Below are positions 15,316-28,879 of a stretch of 64,000 nucleotides of DNA, piece after piece. The stretch's first letter is position 1, and the number at the start of each line of letters is the position of its first letter. A program made the translations under genes and the position numbers. Source of the stretch: Pelomyxa schiedti (taxonomy: Eukaryota; Protista; Evosea); assembly GCA_020536535.1 (NCBI GenBank), contig JAHLWZ010000725.1, forward strand, positions 6,904-70,903, read 5' to 3'. Under the pieces are notes generated by a model. The model was given only the letters and a program-made list of their open reading frames with translations, had not been told where the DNA came from and made no database searches.

Positions 15316-18300
15316 CTAGTGAGAGCCAAATGGCCACGACGTGGTTGATGGCGAGGCGCCGCCAAAGGCAGCAGCACCCAAGTTGGAAGCGGAGCCAAAC
15401 GTGGGCATCCCCGTGCCGAGCTGTGATGTCGATCCAAACGTGGGGATGGAGTTGCCCAGCTGCGACGTGGAGCCAAATGCAACTGCACTGCCGCTCCCAA
15501 GAGCCGAAGTGCTGCCAAATGAGGGCTGTGTGGACTTGGAGCCAAACACACTGCCGGTATTTGGTGGTTGTGGATGTGGTTGTTGTTGCGATGGTGATGA
15601 GGATGGGTTGCCGAATACTTGTGTTGAGGGGAACAGGCTGGCGGTTGCTGTTGGGTTGAACGGGCTGGATGGTGGTTGAGCTCCTCCAAAGAGGTTTGTG
15701 CCGCTTGGTGATGAGGTTGAGGTGGCTCCGAAGAGGTTGGTTCCGGTTATTGCACTGCCGAGGAATGAGGTGGGTGGTGTGGTGTTTGCGCCGAATATGC
15801 TTGCGGTTGGGGCTTTTGCAAACACGCTGCCTTGAGGTGTGGTTGGAGGTGGCGTGGGTGCTGATGGAGGGGTAAACCCCGGGCTCGTTGGCGTTCTGGT
15901 GAATATACTGTTTGTAAGGGGTGCTGCATTGAATGGGGTCGGAGTGGAGGGTGCCACTGAGAACGGGCTTGTAGGGGTGAAGGAGGTCGTAGTTGATGTG
16001 GTCGTTGGCTGAGAAATCTGACCTGGATTTGTGTTAGAATTGAGAATGTGCCTTCACATTTTACCAAAAAGAGGTTGAATAGAAATAGTTCCTGGTGGTG
16101 TTGGAGAAGGGGATATTGCAGGTTGCTCCGTTGCCCCACGCTGGGACGAAGGTGCAGTGCCTTGGGGTGTAGAACTACTACCACCTATGAAAATAAGTGC
16201 AAGGTGATTTCAAGTTGCTTACCTGATGGGATGAGAGAAACAAAACCAAACTGGGGAATTATAGACGCAAGTGGTGGTGCACTAGCAGGTGATTGTACTG
16301 GTTGTGTATTAGAAGGTGGGAATCCTGTAGATATAACTGGGAGTGAAGAGGGTGGTGTAGGAGAAGCAGGACGCTCCGGTACATCAGATGGTTTACCACT
16401 GAAAATCGGAGTTGCTACCGTTGATTGAAGGCGTTGTTGAAGTGGTGCTATTGGCATTGGGGTACTAGGGAGTGGGGACAGAGAAGAGGGAGGCTGATTG
16501 TTTTCTGTTTTGAATAGTGATGGTGTTATCGGCGAGGGTGGGGTAAGTGGCTCCACTGGGGGGGTACTTATTGATGGTGTTGGTGTCTTCACTGTAGAGG
16601 GGACAACAGATGAGGCTAATGAAGGCTGGGTAACTTTGGGGGCCTCAGTGGTTGTGGAAGTTGGTGTAGTGCTTGAGATCTCAGTAGTTGTAAAAGTTGG
16701 TTGAATGTTCTTATGTTTCCTTTCTTCAGTAGCCGTCTCCGTTATTAACTTTGGCTTGTGCCGCAACTTCATAATGGGTTTATGTGACTTTAGTTTACTT
16801 GACATTCTTCCCTTTCTTACTGGTGCCCTTTGTATTTTTTTTTTATGCTTTGGGTGGACTGTGTCACTGCTAGGTTTTTTTTCCTTGAAATCGTCGCTAT
16901 CTTGCTCTTCTGTACTTGCCTCACTTGCCTGCCCTTCAGTAGCTTCACTATCTTCACTGTCTTCACTACTTTTGGCCTCACTGTCATGGCGGTCCTCATT
17001 GCCGGAGCTTGATTCATCTCTTGGGAACTCTGGCTCCCGGCTAACTTTGTGCTGATGTTTTTCAAGTTCATTGTCACTTGAACTGTCACTGTTATTTGTG
17101 ATGACTGGTGGATCCAATTCTGAATCAGAAGACACATCTGGGGGAGGACTTAGCGGCCGCTGTAGGGTAGGTTCTCTGGGAACAGAGATTTCAGTGCTTG
17201 GTAGTGTGAAGATAGAATTAGATTGCTGTATAACTGTCTGTTTAGGAGTTTGTGGAACAGTAAACCCTGAGATCTGTGGCGGACTCAAATTGGTTGGTGG
17301 TATGTTCATGCTGGGGGTTGTGGACTTGTTAATTGGAAGCCGTGTGCTGGTACTGGATTCGGAATTGAGTGCAGAGTTCGATATTCCAGTGGGTAAAGCT
17401 GTTGGTGGTACTGGCTCTTTGAGTACTGGCAGTTGCTCTGTTTCTTTAGTTGTGACCGTCTGGTTTTGCTTGGGGAGGAATGGTACTGATTCACAGGGTG
17501 ATGTGGGTGGAACGGGAGGAGTTTGTATCTTTGGAGCTGCTGGAGCAGTCTGTTCCGGTTGTGTGGGTGCGGGGTGCAAATCATCTGTACGTTGGGCTCC
17601 GCAATGCTTTTCAATGCACGAGATTTGATAAGATGGAAGCTTGGGAGGGGCAGATATTTGTGGTGTGGCTGAAGTATTGCTTGGTAACGGTGATGGTACA
17701 GTGGGTGGTAATGGTGATTGATCTGTTTTGGAAGTGGTTGTTGGGGTCGACAGGGTTGAGTCCTTTGAGGGTGAAATTGGGTGAAGGGGGGGGTAGTGAA
17801 AGTTGGGATTGTGCAATCTTTGGGAAATATCATTAATGTATTTATCAATGAGACATGATGCCTCATGCAGTGAAGTAATTGGCGTTGTTGGTGGAGGGGT
17901 GTAAACTGGTGAGTAATATCCTCTTTGTACAAAGAATGCACGTCAGTGAAAATGATTGGGTAAATTTCACACACTCTTCCACTGGTTGTGGGGTCCAATA
18001 TTTTTTGTCGTAGGTGGGCTTCTTGATAGGCGTAGCAGTGTGAGTAGCAGGTTGATGTACTTGATATACACAGTGAGATAAAATGAATATCAAGAAAGGC
18101 TGCACACATAGTCCAATGCTGGAGACAAGAGCGTGAACCTTCCTCACAGCATTTGCAGTAAAAAGGTTGAGGGAATAAGGTGTCTCTGAGCACAAGCAGC
18201 TGTAGTGAAGTTAACAACATGTATTTAAGTGACCTAGCTACCTGATTAAACGCAAAAAGGATTCTAATTGGAGAACTTTTCCATTTACAGCCTGTACAAT

Positions 18301-20351
18301 AATTAAGGAAAGAATTAAAGTGTAGAAGAAACATTTAGGATATCGCTACACCAATCATAACGCCACTTTAAAAGAATGTAATTGGGAGGCTTGCATGAAA
18401 TAATCTTTAAATGATATTTCATAACAGAGGTTTGTCCTGTTGTCCATTAAAAGGAATCTTGGAACACCAAAATAGACACCATGCAAAAAAGAAATATGGT
18501 CATGCATAGTTAGTATGCGAGATCCAAGAACAGTGGTTTCGGCACAAGTTTCCTGAATTGTGTGCTGCATATTGTTGAGGCTTGTGCTAAAAGTGTCAGG
18601 GCAATGTATCCCTGACCGAACTCTGCGTTTCAGCTCAATTGGGAAAGGGGTCAGTGCAACTCTTTAAGTAATGCTAACATACTTGTAAAAGGGATTGTCC
18701 GAAGACGATTTTTGATTGCAAACTGGAAGTTGTTGATTGACTTTTGATTGGAGTAGGTGTTGGAACTTTTATGGGTGTTGCGATTGGAAGTGCAGATTGG
18801 ACTCTTTTCCTGGGTGTGAAGTTTGGAGAGGAGGATGAAGGTGTCTTAAGGCGCGTGCCTGAAGGAGCACACCTGATGGGTGTTGAAGGAAGGGGTGATG
18901 GTACTTTGAGAGAAGATAGTTTATTTTTGGTAAGTGTGTGGTTCAATGCTATGTAGAGATGAGTGTCATTTCCCTTGAAGAATATTAGGATAAGCAATTA
19001 TGGGATCTTTACCTTGTGGAAATATGTTAATCCAGTGGGTCTTGAATCTGATATTCTAGGTTAATTCTCTTCCAAGAGAGAAAATAAATAATAAGAAATG
19101 TAATGTACTCACTCACAGAAAACGTGGACTCAGTGAGGCTCTTATCGACTACTTTGAGGTCTGGAGAACAAGGCACCATAAATATCATCAGGTCCCTTAA
19201 TTGTAGGTCAGTTCAGTGGACCAAATCAAATGGTGGCCTACCATGGAACTAAGCAAACACCATGCAATTTTGCAGACACTGGCACCTTGAAAGGCATAGC
19301 TTTGATGAGCTTATGCTCCATGCTACGCAGATTTATAGTACTCTATTATTTGAAAAAAAACTGAACAGTTAAAAGAGAGGATAACTTTGGGCACTAACAA
19401 TTTCAAAGAACCTAAGCTGAGCAGGAGTATCGTTGCGAGTGGGCGCACCCAATACCATCAGTGCAGGAAAGGGCCAAAAAACAAAGGTAGCTACAGGACA
19501 ATCAATTTCATATCAGTCTACTGATAAAACATACTACTCAGGCAAGACGTATGTAGCAGGGAAATTAAATCCATATCACTCACAAGAACAAGTTGTACGT
19601 TCCCCTGTTTTGTGACAAGTGCTATGTGGGCACCACTTGGATGCCATGCCCCTGTGTCAAGGTGGGATTTATGGAATTGTCCAGTGGGATGCACACCACA
19701 AGTATATGGGGAATCAGGTGATTCAGGTACTTCACTCACCTCTAAACTGTACTCTGCTACACCATGAAACCGCACAACAAAAGAGCCCTGCTCAGTGCAC
19801 ACAAGCAAGAAATTGTTCACTGGGCTCCAAGACATATCTTCCACATTCAACCACCTTTTCCTCACAGTGTCGACATGTCCTTGCTTGCTCACACCAATTT
19901 CTTTCACATATGCCGTGGCAGTTGCAACATGAAATCCAAGTGCAAAGACATGCAACTCGCGGTGTGGGTGTGACACAACAGCCACAAAGGTTCCATCATG
20001 CGACGTGCACACTCTCGTGCACGGCGGACCTCGCACCATGTGCAAACTCAAATCCCCAGCGCCGCGCAACTCCAAGCCTTATGTAATTAAACAAAGGGGA
20101 AAAAGCGAATTGAACAGACACAGGAGAGAAAACCAGCGTTGCTTTAACACGCAAAGACTCGCGACAACGACGACGACGGCGCATGAGAATCAGACGACGT
20201 ACGTACCGCGAGACGTGGCGCAACAAACGACCTGGTGCGAAAGAGACACGGCCACAGTTGACCCCCCTCCGCCGACGTGTGTCTCCTCAGTGGGAAAAAA
20301 ATCGCATCTCGCTTCGCCTACCGGTACCACTTCCCCGAGCGCGCTGCGCAT
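15316..20351 (-). CDS. Nup214/Nup159-like FG nucleoporin (N-terminal beta-propeller, low-complexity middle, C-terminal FG repeats)
   Basis: N-terminal exons show propeller-type motifs (VAVSLSHQVVCCATSRG, DMSWSP, AWHPSG). Long S/T/P-rich region. The tail has SIFG, NLFG and repeated xFGSTSQLG. The internal exon structure is only approximately resolved. Confidence 0.7.
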
Positions 20352-20525
20352 CACCTTGGTCTTGGAACGAAATTATTGTCCGATCTACAATTTCCTCTTG
20401 GTTCTTTGAGACTATCGAAGGGCTCAATATGGAACGCACTGGCAAATGTCGCCTGCGTGGGGCAACTGATGTCTTAAGGAACCACAAACACTTAGTGACA
20501 GCAACCCCAGACAGCTCTTCAGTGA

Positions 20526-21350
<825 letters not shown>

Positions 21351-21502
21351 CTACTACCTGCCTAGCCATTGTCTACTATTGTAATTTATTGCTCTCACAA
21401 GTTGTGGGGCATGTGGTTTAAAAAACAATTTAGAATTTCTTCTATCTTCCTTTTTTTGTGTCACATACAAAAATCTGACGACCACAAAAAACCAGTAAGG
21501 TT

Positions 21503-22751
21503 CTACAAATTGCGGTTGAGAACAATGGAGGGTCCAGACTCATCGTACTCCGACCTGTCAATCACCACTGCTGAAAAAGAATCCATTGAGGATAGTGCAG
21601 AACCACCAATCCAAACACCGTACTTGCGTTCGGGGGGTGTACTGACTTTTATTGTCCTGGTTGGGGCAAGTGCCACCATTTCTTTGGTCATGCGTTCTGC
21701 AATTCCTTGAAACATTGTGGAACCTCCAAAGAGCATGATATTGCGAAATAATTCTGCGTGGATTTCCTCATCACACTTCATTATGGAGTTGAAGCACGAC
21801 TTGTGGAGGCCTTGTGAATTCCGACCAAGAATGAATTGTGGCTGGAACAACCCCTCTACGCATGTGAAGCGCTCGTGCCCAACACTGATAACTTCTCCAT
21901 CGGGAAGTTCATATTGCTTCTGGATTTCAGAGTCAGTCTTCCCTTTTTCCACTGCATAGTCAAGAGCAACGTAGCCTAGCTTCTCTTTTATATCCCTTAC
22001 TATCAGGCCCGACGAACGGGGATACGGAGCGAATGGGGCTTCAGGTAAAAGTTGTGCCAAGTGGTTTGTAATATCACACCCGGCAATATCCTCTCCAATT
22101 ACTGCAGCTTGAGGCCAAAGATTTTCGTATATGGGCACAATTTGAGTAACGCCTTCACCACACACCACAGAGGTGCCTGTGGATTTTCCACAACTGTAAA
22201 GAGCAAGAAGGGGCTCAATACCCAACGCGAAGCCTGGGACACTGAACTGCTCGAAGAGGAGCGTGGCCATGCGCTCTCTGTCACTCTCTGGATTGAATGG
22301 AGTCCTGCTGATCAACACTGTGAAATCTGAAGGCTCAACTCGAAGTTCATCATAGAAGGTGTAGTGAAGCAGCTTCTCAACTTCCTCCCAGTTTGTTACA
22401 ATCCCTCGTCGTATTGGATAGTTGAGGTTGAGTATCCCTGGCACCAGAAAAGCCAGGTAAGTACAAAGATCCTTGAAAAAAAAAAAAAATTTGTGTTTGC
22501 ATGCTGATCACCTCTCTTGCTCAATGCGGAATCACCTGCAAACAGTCCAGGGCCCATCCCAACAAGAGTAGGACCCCTAGGCCTGCCAATCACAGACTGT
22601 AGAAGACTTTGTTACTCATTTTAAAAAAAAAAAACCGCTTTTTTTTTACAGGGAAGACTGCTCTAGGGGCGTCGTCACCCCCAAATCCCGCCTTGGTAGT
22701 CCCTGATCCAAGATCCACCACTAGAGTCGTTGTCGTGTCTGTTGCCGCCAT
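21503..22751 (-). CDS. Divergent actin / actin-related protein
   Basis: [24 protein letters not shown]|[27 protein letters not shown] and [13 protein letters not shown]. Two introns. Confidence 0.92.
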
Positions 22752-22910
22752 GGCAGGTCCCCGTGTTACGTTCGTTGTTGTTGGCGGTTACTCTATTCTT
22801 CACCAAAACAAGACAAGCCGTTCTTTTCGTTTGTTTTTTTTGTCTCGTTGTCATCCAAGTTGGAAACCGGGGTTGGTCGTGTCATTTTGAGGCTCTCCAA
22901 CTGTATTGCC

Positions 22911-24825
22911 CTACAAGCAATGCTGTCTGAGGAAAGTGGCGAAGTCAGGCAGCGACTCACGCAGGGTGGGGTCGCCGGCCGACCCACCCAGTAGCTTCAC
23001 AGTGACAACGCAGTCAGAAGGGCTGAGGCTCTGCACCATCACTTCCACGCCAACTGCAGGCTCTGGCTGCTGCTGCTGCTGCTCGGTACTCCTTGATGCC
23101 GCAGCCGTGGGTCGCGGTTGTGGTTGTGGACGTGGCTGTGGCTGTGGCTGTGGTTCAGATACTGTGGGTGTGTTGTTGCTTGTGCTTGGGGCTTGGGGTG
23201 GTGTTTTCGATGGTGGAGTTGAATTTGTTGATGAGGATGAGGTGGTGCAGGTGGAGGGGTTGTAGGAGGTGGTGTTGGTGAAATTTGGTGCAGAAGAAGA
23301 AGAGGGGGGCAGTTGTGTGGTCCCTTCAGTGAAACTGACAAAGGTTGAGTGCGGAATGGATGCCACCATTATACAGGATGAGGATTTGGTTTTGGCGCCG
23401 GGGTCAAGCTTCTTTAATGAGCTGAGAATTTGTTGGGGAAGCCCATTGGACGATGTGGTGCGGAATGAGTAGTCTATTCTTGAATGTGCATTTTGTTTTC
23501 GTACTTTGGCAAGTCGGGTCTAGGGTTTGTTCAGTAAGTTTGGGAAAACAATAAACATAAACGCACTTGCAAACGGGCTTGAACTTGATCATCAGATAAA
23601 GACCATGCAATTACCCACCTTGTTGTATTTCCTTGTTGCAGTTCAGTGGTCCGAATGTTCCGAATCTGTGAGTGTGAGTCCTTCAACCAAACATCTTGGA
23701 CAAACATTATTCTGTCCTAACAGCTGTTGGATAGGTTTAAGACTAGCTTTGCACCCCAGCAATGACGTCCACCATCTCAAAAGTAATTTAGAAAGTAAGG
23801 AAATGGGATACTGGAAACGTCACCTGATTCGACCTTTGAGAGAAATACTCTCATCTATCATTTTCTGTACAAATTCAACTTCACCTCCATGTGTCACCAA
23901 TTCACTTGTTGTAGCTGTGCATGTCTGTAAGAGTGAGAATTGCTTCTTCCTAACTTCTTTACGGTTTTTGGATTCTGCCCTGTGAAGGAAATATCTGGAA
24001 AAAAGGGAGGATTGCACATGGTAAAATCGAAGTCACCTCTACATTAGGTTAGAAATTCGTATACTGTGTACAGCAATACTTGTCAGGGAGTGAAGATAGT
24101 AAAAGTGAATCATCTGGCGGCTTAGCCACCGTGATTAGATGTTCCAAGTGGTTCAGTGCTATATTTTTCCTTGCCCATTCAATTGACATTTCATCAATAT
24201 CTGACAATTTCAGAAAAGTAATGTCTTGGCGGTTTTGACATTCACCTGTAGCAAAGAAACTCCAACTATAAATTCGAGCACCCAAAAGGGGGTAAATGCA
24301 TGATGCACCTGTTCCACTTCATAAGTTTTAGTTATGATAATTACTTGGAGGGTTATTAGGGTTTTAGTCACTCACATGTCAATGCCATGTATGGCAGAGC
24401 TACCACGCTGAGGTAAAATTTCATCTGCTATCCATTGAATGTAGTTTGCCCTGGATGGTACCTTGCAAAATAAGTGGTGGTTATGTTTTTTTAAGGGGAA
24501 AAAAAAACTAAAACTCACTGTTGGGCACAGATGATCAGGGTGAAGTTCAACATTAAGGTTGTACCAAAACCGTAATAAATGGACAGTGAGTGACCTGACC
24601 GCCTCTGGGTCCTTCCAATTTATACTTCTCTTTCTTCTATTGACGCTGCCAGTTGTCGATGAGCCAAGAGGAAGGAGGAGGAAGAAGAAGAAAAAGCCCA
24701 AGAGGCACGGCGAGGACACACAAAGGTGAAAAGTCAGGATACAACGAAGCCATGTGAACAAAATCAGGGCGCTCTCGGTGCACCGCCCGCAAGTTGACAT
24801 TGCCCACAACCTCCCCCCCCGACAT
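22911..24825 (-). CDS. METTL16: METTL16-like U6 snRNA m6A methyltransferase (multi-exon)
   Basis: PDF..ASLYPDF, LCPTVPSRANYIQWI, IDIGTGASCIYPLLG, catalytic MCNPPFF, GGEVEFV, WWTSLLG and QGG|RWGLAW. Confidence 0.9.
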
Positions 24826-25033
24826 GCCCTAACAACTTGAACTAGGAAGGTGATTGATGGTGGGGGTTGGCTACCCGAGAATCCGGACACACCGAGTTTC
24901 GTTGTATTTGTGCACTCGGGTGGCTGGGGTGGGTCCTGAAACGCTGATTGTGGGCAGCCTGAGAAAAAGGGAGAACAAAAAGGGACTCTGGGAGCCAGCA
25001 GTTGCAACGTTTAATATCTCTAATAGATCTGCT

Positions 25034-27566
25034 ATGGACGCCACCACTATCACAACGACACCTTCTTCGGCACCTACGACTACGGCAACAACATCCACGT
25101 CGTTGTCGTCACCAACAACGGACGCCTCGCATGTGGTTTCCACGGAAACGATAACCGGAACAGGTGGTGCCAGCACTACAACAACGCCCACGCCAACGGC
25201 AACGGCCATGCCCACGACAACGACGACGACGGCGACGGCGCCGCCTACCTCGGCAAGCAGCGCGGCGGTGGGCGGAGATCCCCTGGAAATTCGGTCGGTT
25301 ATTGCGCAGTTTGTGTCTGCTGAGGACGGCCAGAAAAAGGGGTCCCAGATGGAGATGCCTGTGGAGACCACTGCCGCCCAGTTATCCGAAATCATCAACG
25401 CCATGCTTGCCAATGTTCTCACCCTGATTTCAAACTCGATTATATATTTAGAATTTCGTGACAACTCACTTACCAACTAAAAAATCCAGGAGGAACCTCT
25501 GCCGTATGCTTTTTATGTTGATGAAGAGCAGGTCAAAACAACACTCCCTCGAAATAAGATTACTTCATCGGAACAAATTGTGGAAATTGTATACATGCCA
25601 CAAGCAGTGTTTAGGGTAGGAAGAATCTTTCCCTGAGATGTGTTTGAATAATATCAAGGTCTGGCCAGTCACCCGAGAATCTGGAACTTTAACGGGTCAC
25701 ACAAATTCAGTTATCAGCGTGCAGTTCAATTCCAATGGTACCAAGCTCGCAAGTGGCTCAGGAGATCTAACTGTAAGATTGTGGGATATTCTGACACATA
25801 CCCCATTACAAACCCTCAGTGGTAAGCCCCCCCACCTTTTGTCTTTGAGCTTACTTCAACAGGACACAAAGACTGGGTTACATGCCTCGCTTGGTCTCCT
25901 GATAATAAAATCCTGGCATCTGGCTCAAAAGATGGGGAGGTAAGACTATGGGATGCTGACAGAGGTACCATTTTTGCAATTCCATTGGAGTCTTACCTCA
26001 AAAGGAAAGTTCCTTCCTCCTGCACTCAAAGGTCATAGTGGATTCATAAGTATGCTGGCTTGGGAGCCTTTGGCCACGTATGCTTGTGTGACCAGATAAG
26101 GGCCTTGTACTTATTTTTTGCCTTAGAAATCCTGCATGCAATAGACTGGCGAGCGCTGCGAAGGATTCTACAGTACGGATATGGGACACATCAACTCATC
26201 GGTTAGTGCTGTCACTCTCAGGTTTGGAATAGTCCAATTTTCCTTGCATCTTGATCAGTTTTACTTAAGGTAACATCAGGTCATACGCAAGCTGTCATGT
26301 GTGTCAAGTGGGGAGGGAAGGGATTGATCTATACAGGAAGCCGCGACAGACTCGTCAAGGTTCGAACCCTTCAAGTACTTTGATTTTTCCAGGTTGAGCA
26401 ACATTAGGTTTTCAATTCACAAGGACAACTGGTCCGTACACTTAAGGGACATGCCCACTGGGTGAATACCATGGCCCTCAGCACGGATTTTTGCCTTCGA
26501 ACTGGCGCATATGATCACAATTTCACAGAGCCAGAATCCTTAGCCCAAGGTACGCACTTCCTTGTTTAGTATTGAGTTGACTTCATCTATGTAGCACATA
26601 CACTAGCTGCTGAAAAATTTAAGAAGCATGTATCAACAACCACTCCAAATGGAAGTGCTGCCGGCGAACGCTTGGTCACAGGGTAAATATGTTTCACGTC
26701 AATTTTCATTTATTCAACTTTGTAATAATGCAGCTCAGATGACGGAACGCTTATTCTGTGGTCAACGGATACATTTAAACAAATTGCAAGACTCACAGGG
26801 CATCAACAACAAGTCATGTTTGGTAATTTTGTTAATTTCTCTTACAATAAATGGCTAAGATTTTCACAATAAATAACACGTGTGCAGTTTCATTCTCCCC
26901 TGACGGTAGATTTATTGCTAGTGGCTCGTATGATAAATCAGTCAAAGTCTGGGATGGATATACCGGCAAGTATGGAGTCACAAGATATCCTATTCCAACT
27001 AAACTGTGACAGATTCCTTGCAACACTACGAGGCCATGTGGGCGCAGTTTATCAAATTTCGTGGTCATCTGACAGCAGGATGTTTGTCACTGGTTCCAAG
27101 GATTCTACAATGAAGCTTTGGGATGCCAGACTCATGAAGATGAAGTTCGACCTTCCTGGGCATTCCGACGAGGTGAGACATAGTCACACCCGCAATTGCT
27201 NNNNNNNNNNNNNNNNNNNNNNNNNNNNNNNNNNNNNNNNNNNNNNNNNNNNNNNNNNNNNNNNNNNNNNNNNNNNNNNNNNNNNNNNNNNNNNNNNNNN
27301 ATGTTTGTCACTGGTTCCAAGGATTCTACAATGAAGCTTTGGGATGCCAGACTCATGAAGATGAAGTTCGACCTTCCTGGGCATTCCGACGAGGTGAGAC
27401 ATAGTCACACCCGCAATTGCTTACAACCATTACGTTAGGTTTTCACTGTTGATTGGGCACCAAATGGTGACTGTGTAGCTTCAGGTTCATTTGATCACTC
27501 ACTCAAAATGTTTGTTACTTGTCCTCCTATAAATGACCTTGACCACAACTCAGATGGAGAAGATAA
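25034..27566 (+). CDS. NLE1: Notchless / Rsa4 WD40 ribosome biogenesis factor (spans a scaffold gap)
   Basis: NLE/UBL domain ([19 protein letters not shown]) and WD repeats with [32 protein letters not shown] and [14 protein letters not shown]. Ends WRR* at 27566. Confidence 0.93.
27201..27300. other. Scaffold gap (100 N) flanked by an identical 121-nt overlap
   Basis: 27080-27200 equals 27301-27421, so the true gap is probably negative and the duplication artificial. Confidence 0.9.
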
Positions 27567-27758
27567 ACTCGACTCCAACTCCGATCCCACAATTGGAGGA
27601 TGGTGGGACCCAAGTGGAAACAGATAACGATTACAACACCACAACACTCGAAAAAATGTCGGAAAATGAACATTTTTCGATCTCTCCTTTTTTTTTCCAA
27701 ACAAAAAACAACCCCCAACGACGCAGTAACGAGGAATTTTTGACGGTTTACGGCCGAA

Positions 27759-28735
27759 ATGACCACGAGACGTAGTGGAGTAGCGATAATGGGATGCCTG
27801 TTGGCGGTGGCGCTTTTTGTCGAACGAGGATGTTCCTTTCCTGTTGACATTGATTCAGCTTTGACAGTGACCTTGACGTGGGACAATGAAGATGCCGGTT
27901 GGGTGGACTTTTTCCTTTTTTTTTTTAGTACTCTGTTCTCTATGTGTAAACAACACCATATTTATGCACTACGAACCGACTTCATAAAACCAAAACAATG
28001 ACAAATAAATTCATTTAGACTTGGACCTTCATGTTGTGGCTGGGAACAGCAACGAGGACTGGCCTTGCCATATCTACTTCTGGGATATGGAATCCGATAT
28101 CATTTCCTCACCAGGTGATGAGAGTGGGATGAGTTCCAGTGAGGGCGCCACTGTTACTCTCTCTGGGGACTGTGAAGAAAACTGCAACACTGTGGGTGAA
28201 GTGATGACCTTCTCTTCACCAATCCAATGCAACTTATATGAGCTATGGGCAAATATTTACACTGACACTCTAACACCAGGTACTGTCTTCTCTTTTCTGT
28301 GATAGAGAGGTTTTATCCTTAGTTTTTTTTACCTAACATTTTTGTTTTCCCAACAGGGCCTGCATGGGCTGACACTGGTGCCTATGTTACGGTATCCTCA
28401 GATTCCACAAACTATTCCTGGGCAGTCCCTCTCGTTTGTATCTTGTCTTTTCCCACTCCCCACTTAGTTGCTTTTTCTTTCTTAAGTATCCATCTGAGCT
28501 AGCCGAGGACCCGTCTCTGTCATGGTGGAAAATAGGAAACCTTACAGTAGGGAGCACAACTGAATTCCTGTTTTCAGACATGGGCTCTGGGGATGGCCTA
28601 TTTATCAACACCGCATTTCCCAACAACCCAAATGTTCCCTCAGAGTGCGGGACCGTGTACTGCAGTGACTCCCCACATTACTACCCAACCCTATTCACTG
28701 CAATTTTCATGACCCTGTCACTTCTACTGCTGTAG
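27759..28735 (+). CDS. Secreted, probably GPI-anchored YfaP/DUF2135-like protein
   Basis: Signal-peptide-like N-terminus, motif LTVTLTWDNEDA|DLDLHVV..HIYF..LSGD..E..LYELWANIY, and a hydrophobic C-terminus with no cytosolic tail (LFTAIFMTLSLLLL*). Confidence 0.6.
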
Positions 28736-28879
28736 TATCTTTTTCACTACTACCCGAGTTGTACAGAACAAAAAAGAACGAAAAAACAAAAAAAAAATTC
28801 TTCTTTTTCGGCAGTTGCACCTGTTTAATTGAGGCCCGACGATAACGCACGATTAATTGGCTGCGCGTCGCCAACAACA

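Noticed and set aside
22911-24825. Functional link between METTL16 location and weak donor sites
   Set aside because: METTL16 does influence 5-prime splice site choice through U6 m6A, but its position in this window is not evidence of anything special.
27080-27421. Apparent internal tandem duplication in NLE1
   Set aside because: An exact 121-nt repeat on both sides of a 100-N gap is an assembly overlap, not biology.
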